From contig CAXHJY010000210.1 of NCBI GenBank assembly GCA_964016885.1, positions 62,001 through 126,000 on the forward strand: 64,000 nucleotides of DNA, in the 5' to 3' direction. The stretch is from Eledone cirrhosa (Eukaryota). Below the pieces are notes generated by a model. That model made no database searches. It worked only from the letters and a program-made list of their open reading frames with translations, and had not been told where the DNA came from. Of the stretch, positions 56,276 through 64,000 are shown piece by piece. The position numbers and the translations under genes are program-made. The stretch's first letter is position 1, and every line of letters begins with the position of its first letter.

Positions 56276-57862
56276 AACCCTTTCCTTAGGTTATTTCTAA
56301 TGTATTTCAATTAATTAAGAATCTGAAGGATTTATTAAAATTAATTATTTCATTATTTTACATAGCTTTGCTTCATGAAATATAATATAATATATTCCCA
56401 TTTATCTTTATAGATGAGTACTGATAACACTGGTGCTGTTGTATCATCATCATCATCATCACGATTTAACATGAATTTTCCATGCTAGCATGGGTTAAAC
56501 AAGTTGTCCCGTAGTGAAACAAGTCAGATCAGGTGACGGTGTCTTGATCATACAGAACTGTTTCTCACTTGGTTTCTACGGCTGGATGCCAACCACATTT
56601 ACAGTGAGTACCAGGTGCTTTTTATTGGGGCACTAAAACAACCAACTTGACTGGGTACTATTTGTTGTGTCTCCAACATGACCACTATACAAATAGTATA
56701 TGTTCCTATCTATATTTAGATGAGTACGGAGCCATATTCATATAAAAACGATCTGGCCATTTTCGAAAATGAGAGGAAAAAATTAGAAAAATTGAGTTTA
56801 ATTTTGTCATAACATTACTATCCAAATGATGTGGGCCTGCGAGGTGTGTGGAAGTCCCTGTGCAGGCTGCCTCATGATCCCAATGGACAGAATGAAGAAA
56901 ACATTTCCTTGGAGGATGATTGAAATAACTGGTATTTGAAATAGTGAGAGATGGGAAGAGTGGGATAGATGGGCAGTGACAGTGGGGGGTTTTATTTCAT
57001 AGAATCAGGGCAGGTTGTGGGGTGGGTTGGTATTAAAAGGATTAAGAAGAGAATGATGATGTTAGGTTTAACTTTATTGCCCACCTCTCTTTTTCTATCC
57101 ATTTCTCACCCCCTCCCTCATTCATCTTCAAATCCCCCTACTTCATTTAGTCTTCAGCCCAAGCAACAAAACTGCTCACCTCCTTCCCTCACACTCATGT
57201 GAAGAGCAAGGCAGAATACATTACATTGGAGACTTCTTCCTAGGAATGAAATTATCAAACACTCCATGGGACTAATTGTTATTGATATAATTTAGACCAT
57301 CAAGAGTTTACTGGGATTACGAGCAGAGTTAGATTAACTTCTTTTGACGATCTAAACATAAAAGATTATCATGCCTAATTATCTCGGAATGACAAATACA
57401 ATTAATTTGAATGATGGCAAGTACTTGGACAAGATAACTTTCTTCCCAATGAAGGGAAGTAAATCCCTAATCTGAGATGCCATGTGCTACCTCTAGCTTT
57501 GTTGCTTCAGCAACAAAGCTAGGCACCATTTACTACAATACAGAAGAGAGGAAGATAACCAAATAAATGGGCTTGATTGACTGCTTCCTTTTCAGGCCAG
57601 TCACCATTGAAACCTTAGGTGCCCTCGGCTCCTCAACTGCTGTTTTCCACTGAAAAATCAGAAAGACAGCAGCCCATTTGAGGAAGGATCCTTGTGAGGC
57701 TGGGGGACTATTGCAGCAGTGCTGCTGGCCATTCTCTGCTATAAAGCCCCATTTTTCAATATGTTTTAGCATAGCTAAAACATATTGCTCTGTTTGGGAT
57801 GTAGAGTCTGTCACTTCCTCTCCCTTTCCTTCGAGTAATAATGATAATAATAATAATAATTA

Positions 57863-58524
57863 ACAAGGAGGAGGCTAGCCTATTCTGTAGGATCTGTGGA
57901 GAGAGAGGAAACTATGGCTTACGTCTACGTCGTATCCAAGTGTAAATACCTAGCCCTGACTCACTCCAAAGGATGGAGGCATAATATCATAGGAAAAGTG
58001 ATTCACTGACATTTATGCAAACTGAACAATTTACCACATTCTGAGAAGTGGTATGAGCATAAGCCAGAGTCTGTGATAGAAATGGATTGGGTGAAGGTGC
58101 TATGGGATTTCAGGATACAAACAGACAAAGAATTAGAACACAATCGGCCTGACCTGGTGGTTTTTGACAAGAAAAAAAGATCTTGCTTGATTATAGATGT
58201 AACTTGCCCCTTTGACACAAGAGTGCAAGAAAAGGAGAAGAAAATTAACCAGTACCAGAAACTGAAAAGGATTTGCGACTGCCATGAGATCAAGGTCATC
58301 CCCATTGTCATAGGAACAATAGGTACTATTACAAAGAGTTTCCAAGGCTGGTTAAAGAACATTAGCTCAACCCTCTTTTTTGGAACACTCCAAAAGGCAT
58401 GCCTACTGGGAATAGCAAGGACCTTTTGATACATCCTTAATATCTGAGGCTGCAGGTAGCGGCTTGATGTTCATTAGGGCAAATTTTCCAGTTAAATAAC
58501 AACAATGGCTGAGATATTGAAGTA
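57863..58524 (+). pseudogene. R4/Dong-like non-LTR element 3' fragment (CCHC plus restriction-like endonuclease)
   Basis: CRICG.., KWYEHKPE, VLWDFRIQTDKELEHNRPDLVVFDK...IIDVTCPFD, IPIVIGTIG; flanked by (TAA)n. Confidence 0.85.
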
Positions 58525-58935
58525 ATAATAATTGTTTCTACTTTAGGCACAAGGCCAGCAATAACCCAGTGCATTACTGGTACTTTATTTTATCGACCCC
58601 GTAAGGATGAAAGGCAAAGACAACTTCGGCGGGATTTGAACTCAGATCGCAAAGGGACGTAACTATGCTGGAAATCCACCGCCCTTATTGAAGTAATAAT
58701 AATAATAATAATAATGGTTTCTGGTTTTCGGCACAAGGCCAACAATTTGGGGGGAGGGGAAAGTCGATTAAATTGACTCCAGGGCATCTCCGGTACTTTA
58801 TTTTATCGGTCCCGTAAGGATGAAAGGCAAAGCTAACCTTGGCAGGATTTGAACTCAGAATGCAAAGGACCGTAACTCTATGCCACAAAGCATATAATCC
58901 AACGTTCTACTAATACTTCCAATAATAATAATAAT

Positions 58936-60751
58936 GGAGAACAGCAGGGGCTTAAAAGATCAACTGTTGATTGTGAAAACAATCCTTGTAGATTGTAAAA
59001 GTCGCACAAGAACTCAGCCATAGTCCGAGTGGACTATAAGAAAGTCTACATGGTCCCTCACAGCTGGATACTAGAGTTTCTGAATCATACTCAATTACCA
59101 GACAATGTAATTAGGTTTATAGAAAGATGACCAGCTGGAAAAAAGTTAATTTCCTGTAGCAGGGTGGGGGGCACAGTTAGACACGTTTGAAAGGGTATGT
59201 TTCAGGGAGACAGTTTGACACCACTCTTATTTGTCATCTGCACGACCTCGCCTGACCCAAGTTCTTAGAATAGTGAAAATGGGATATGTGGTAGACGGTA
59301 TTAAGATCAAACATCTGTTATTCCTGGAGGATTTAAAGTTATTTGCGGGGAAAAGAGGATGAAATTGACAGCTTAACATCTACTGTAAACATGTTTAGTT
59401 AGAATATTGGGATGGTGTTTGGAATTTTAAAAAGTGGTGTTGTAACCCTGAAACGTGGAAAACTAACAAAGAGTAGAAGGATTGAGCTTCCAAATGGCCA
59501 AACTTTTAAGAAATGGGAGAAGAACGATACAAGTATTTGGCAGTCTATGAGTTGGATAAGAGCAAAGAGAAAGAAATGAAGGAGGTCTTCCAAAAAGAAT
59601 ACCTCAGGTAGGTTAATTGAATGGAAGGAATAAAATCAAGGCAACGAATACCTGGGTTGTATCTATCTCATGTGCTATGAAGCAGAAGTTATTAAATGAA
59701 GGAAAGGTGGATTGGAAAGTATTGATAGGAAAACTAGGAAATTAATGACAGTACATAAAGAATTCCATCCAAAGAGGTAGAAGACTAATAAGTTGTGAAC
59801 ATTGTGTCAAAAACGAAGTATGAGACCTTGACATGGAAATCTGCTGAATCTGTACCACCTAATAAATACAAGGGAGTGTAAAAAGAACTTGAAAAGGAAT
59901 GGAAGGATAAACTATTGCATGATCAGTACACTAGAGATAAAGTAGGCGTTTATTGGGAAAAGAGCTGGTTGTGGCTTTAAAATGGTGATCTGAATGGATG
60001 CATTGAAGCTCAGGTGTGCAGCGCCCAGGAGCAGACCCTTTGAACTAACTACATTAAACATCATTTTGACAAAACAATAAAAATCATCATTATGTGTGGA
60101 ACAGGCGAAATGGTCAGCCATATTGTAATCGAATGTGTTAAGTTGGCACAGTGAGAGTATAAAAGACAACATGACAGTGTTGCCAGATATATCGATTGGA
60201 TGATATCTGAGAAATGTGGGTTTGTCAAAGCAACTAAATGGTATGAGCAGAGACCAGAAATGGTGTTAGAGAAGGATGAATTTAAGATTTTGTGCAACTT
60301 TACCATTCAATGTGATAGAATGATTGAGGCAAGCAGACCAGACATTGAAGTTGTGAACAAGAAGAAAAAGTGGCCAAAATATATATCTGCTCCAGGAGAT
60401 AGTAGAGAGAAGGACATGAAAAGATGGAGAAGTATGATCCACTGAAGGGGGAAGTTGGAAAGTTGTGGGGCTTGAAGAAAGTTTTAGTGATTCCAGTGGT
60501 GATCGGAGTATTGGGATGCATATTGGACAGTTTTGAGGACTGTGTAAATAGAACCACAATTGATGTAAGGTGACAGATCATGCAGCGATGATCTGTAACC
60601 TTAATAAGCAAGGATTTTAAGGAAAGTCTTTTCTATGTAAGGCACAGGAGAAATTGCAGTGAGGGACCTTTGTCAACTTGTTGACTGCTCCCTAACTGAA
60701 GTGTCAAGTTCGTTTAACATTTAAGTGTCTGATATTTACAAAAATGAACCA
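58936..60751 (+). pseudogene. Heavily decayed R4/Dong-like element (RT to RLE)
   Basis: Remnants GMFQGDSLTPLLFV, HLLFLEDLKLF, QEQTL.TNYIK, KWYEQRPE and RPDI..V; (AAT)n on both sides. Confidence 0.8.
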
Positions 60752-61102
60752 TAATAATAATAATAATTGTTTCTACTTTTGGCACATGGCCAGCAATTAC
60801 CCAGTGTATTACTGGTACTTTATTTTATCAACCCTGTAAGTATGAAAGGCAAAGTTAAACTCGGCGGGATTTGAACTCAGACCATAAAGGGCCGTAACTC
60901 TTTGCTGCCATAATAATAATAATGATCATTTATACTATAGGCACAAAGCCAGCAATTTGGTGGGAGGGAAAAATCAATTAAATCGACCCAGTGCAGATGA
61001 AAGGCAAAACTAACCTCAGAACGCAAAGGGCCATAACTCTATGCTGCAAAGCATGGTGTCTGACACTCTACTGATACTGCCAATTCACTGATAATAATGG
61101 CT

Positions 61103-61680
61103 TAATATTAGACATATTGATTAACATTAGACATATTAGGTTAACATTAGACATGTTGATTCAACATTAGATATGTTGACTCAACAACATTAGACATGCT
61201 GACTCAACATTAAGCATGTTGATTCAGCAATGCACATGCTAGCTCAACATGCTTAATCAACAATAGGCATGCTTCCTCATCAATACACATGTTGGCTCAA
61301 CATTAGACATGCTGACTCAACTTTAAATATGTTGGCTCAACATTAGACATGTTGGGACAATATTAGATATATTAGCTCAACATTAGACATGTTGGCTCAA
61401 CATTAGATATGTTGGCTCAACATGTAGACATGATAGTTCAACACGAGGCATACTCATTCAACAATACACATGCTGGCTCAACATTAGATATACTGACTCA
61501 AAATTTAGGATGTTAACTCAACATTAGACATGTTGGCTTAACATTAGAAATGTTAGCTCAATATTTCACATGTTTGGCTCAAAATTAGACACGTTAGCTC
61601 AACATTAGACATATTAGCTAAATATTAGCCATGTTGGTTCAACAATAGATAGCTCAACATTAGGTATGCTGGTTTAGCAT
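61103..61680. repeat. Diverged ~20-bp tandem satellite (consensus AACATTAGACATGTTGGCTC)
   Basis: Roughly 25-30 imperfect units read directly. Confidence 0.9.
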
Positions 61681-61930
61681 GAAATATGCCAAGCCAATGT
61701 GGAATGTATCATGTAATCCATTGATTCACCAAAAACAGAAAATCACACTCTAATATTTTCGTAAAGAACACATCGCATAATGTGGTCCTGTGAAAAAGAC
61801 AGATGGTCTCGGGTGGGACACCTTTGATCACAGGTGTGCTTTAGCAGAGCATATCCTGAAGTTAAACAACAACAGTAGACATGATGATTCTATAGTAGGC
61901 ATGGTGCATCAGTTTTCTTGGTTGAGAGTA

Positions 61931-62282
61931 AAAGGATAAAGGGTAAAGAGCCCCTTCGGTCACGAATGACCATAGGATTTGCACCTAGAAAGTTCCCCTC
62001 CGAGCACAAGTCCAGGAAAGGTAGTATGTGGAAGACCAGCAGTCACCCATACATACCAGTCTCACCTCTCCACACCACCGATGTTGTCCAAGGGAAAGGC
62101 AATGGCCGATACAGCTTGGCACCAGTGATGTCACAACTCATTTCTACAGCTGAGTAAACTGGAGCAAATGTGAGATATAGTGTCTTGCTCAAGGACACAA
62201 TGCATCACCTTGTCCAAGAATCAAACTCACAACCTCCCGATTGCAAGCCCAATGCTCTAACCACTAAGCTATGCACCTTCAC
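61931..62282 (-). mobile_element. Full-length CORE-type tRNA SINE
   Basis: tRNA head, CORE domain, and TSD GGTTGAGAGTA on both sides; homologous to 42256-42545. Confidence 0.82.
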
Positions 62283-62370
62283 AGGTTGAGAGTATATAAT
62301 CATTAATACCTGCACTTTAACCTCACAACTATGGTACATGTGTATATAAATTAAGATAATCAATTAAGAA

Positions 62371-62440
62371 ACTTACCAAAAATACAGGCAAATTTGAAGA
62401 TTATTACTTACCTGAAAATAAACAAAAACAAAAATTAGTA
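62371..62440 (-). promoter_or_regulatory. Candidate recursive splice site (ratchet point) with a 35-nt RS-exon 62411-62377
   Basis: Minus strand reads TACTAAT-TTTTGTTTTTGTTTATTTT-CAG|GTAAGT...TTTTTG|GTAAGT. Confidence 0.65.
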
Positions 62441-63348
62441 AACCTCTCCAAATATGACAATTTTAAATATCTAGGATCATTTTTATAAAGACAAAAAAAA
62501 AAAAGAATCTTTATATTCTTTAATTATTGTTTTTATTTTTTATTTTCTACTATTTTAATAAAAAAGAAAAGCATTGCCCACAATCCTTTTCAAGACACCC
62601 AAGACTAATAAGAGGAAGAAAAGTGTTCTCAAACCAGAATGGATTCTGATAAAGAAACTGGAGGATCAGGGGGTGGCATTAAATAAGTAATGGATTAAAT
62701 CTATTACACAAGTAGGCAAAGGAATGGTTTGAACTTAGAATGCACAGAGCTAGAACAAATACTGCTGCGAGGCATCCCATCCAATATTCTATTGATTTTG
62801 CGTGTTCATTGCCTTATACTGGAACATTATTTATCAAATCCCGCCGAGGTTAACTTTGCCTTTCATCCATACGGAGTCGATAAAATAAAGTACCAGTAAT
62901 GTACTGGGTAATTGCTGGCCTTGTGCCAAATGTAGAAACAATTATTTATCAGCCTGTAAAGTAAAGTTGATGTTACTGAGATCTGAACTCAGAATGAAAG
63001 GAACCAGAATAAATATTGTGAGGTAGCCCAGTATATATATAAATTTCTGCGATTCTGTCACAACACGTAAAGAGAGAGTAGTTTGACAACCTCATACTAC
63101 TCCTCTCTCTTTACATCTGCTGCCTGCATGAATGTATGTGTGTGTAAAAGGAAGCAAGGAGCTGGTGGGAAAACTACACTGTGTGTGAGTGAGTGTATGT
63201 GTATGTTTGAGTAAATGTATGTGTGTGTTTGTGTGAATGTGTGTGTGTTTGTTTGAATGTATGTCTGTGAGTGTGTATTTTTGTAAGTGTATCTGTGTTT
63301 GCACGTTTATATTTATATACTCATACATATAAATGTATGCATATGCAT

Positions 63349-63380
<32 letters not shown>

Positions 63381-64000
63381 ATGCATCAGTGTATGGAAAA
63401 ATATTCTAGCTCTCTAACACTTCTGCCATGTTTGTCACTTATGTTGATATAAAGAAATGCCAGTGGAAGGAAGCCAGAGTAGAGGAAGGGCAAGGAAGAC
63501 CTGGGCAGAGGTGGTCAGAGATAATCTCAAATTGCTGAAACTCACAGCAGAGACAACAAAGAATCGCGGATAAGTGAAGAGATGCTGAGAAAGACTCCTC
63601 CAACCCATACAAGTGTGGGAAAATGGATGCAAAAACAATGATTATGATGATGATGAAATATTGCGCACCAACAGAACACATGTTGATTTATTGTATAAAT
63701 AAATATCAGATTTATTTAGAAAATGTATTGCAGCTGCTTCTCTAGGTTATTAGCATGAACTCTTAACACTCTACAGAAAATATCTAAAAATCGGTTTGTC
63801 AACTCAAAGTTTTATAGTATCCGGCCACTGAGGCATATCTCACTCATTGCACACAGGGAATGCTCATGCTCACAGTGGCCGTCCTGCTTCCAAAGGTTTG
63901 TAACTATTATATATAGGGCCTTGGTGATTGAATGAGGTTAACCCTTTAGCATTTACATTACTATTATATTTTCAATGTAAAGGCTTTATCATACATAATT

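Overview
AT-rich, repeat-dense animal genomic DNA. The repeat repertoire suggests an octopus/cephalopod, which is an inference: RTE LINEs with (GAT)n tails, CORE- and Meta-type tRNA SINEs, and very long interrupted (TA)n tracts. No host protein-coding ORF is recognisable. All long Y/I-rich ORFs are microsatellite artefacts, and every real coding sequence is transposon-derived (RTE, R4/Dong-like, CRE-like, CR1-like, maT/DD37D, mariner). Non-autonomous piggyBac, hAT, pogo-like and Helitron elements are abundant. Four signals stand out. (1) A 468-bp-period, terminally redundant non-coding element at 21987-22536 carries a complete type I hammerhead ribozyme, a retrozyme/circular-RNA-like architecture. 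(2) Several other short hammerhead-bearing, Penelope-pLTR-like elements sit in (TA)n tracts and repeatedly fold back at the ribozyme, including a perfect 57-bp-arm palindrome. (3) A textbook recursive-splice (ratchet) site with a 35-nt RS-exon lies on the minus strand at 62371-62440. (4) A C4HC3 PHD-type finger is inserted inside the reverse transcriptase of the dominant RTE family. All calls were made by eye, and edges of decayed repeats are approximate.
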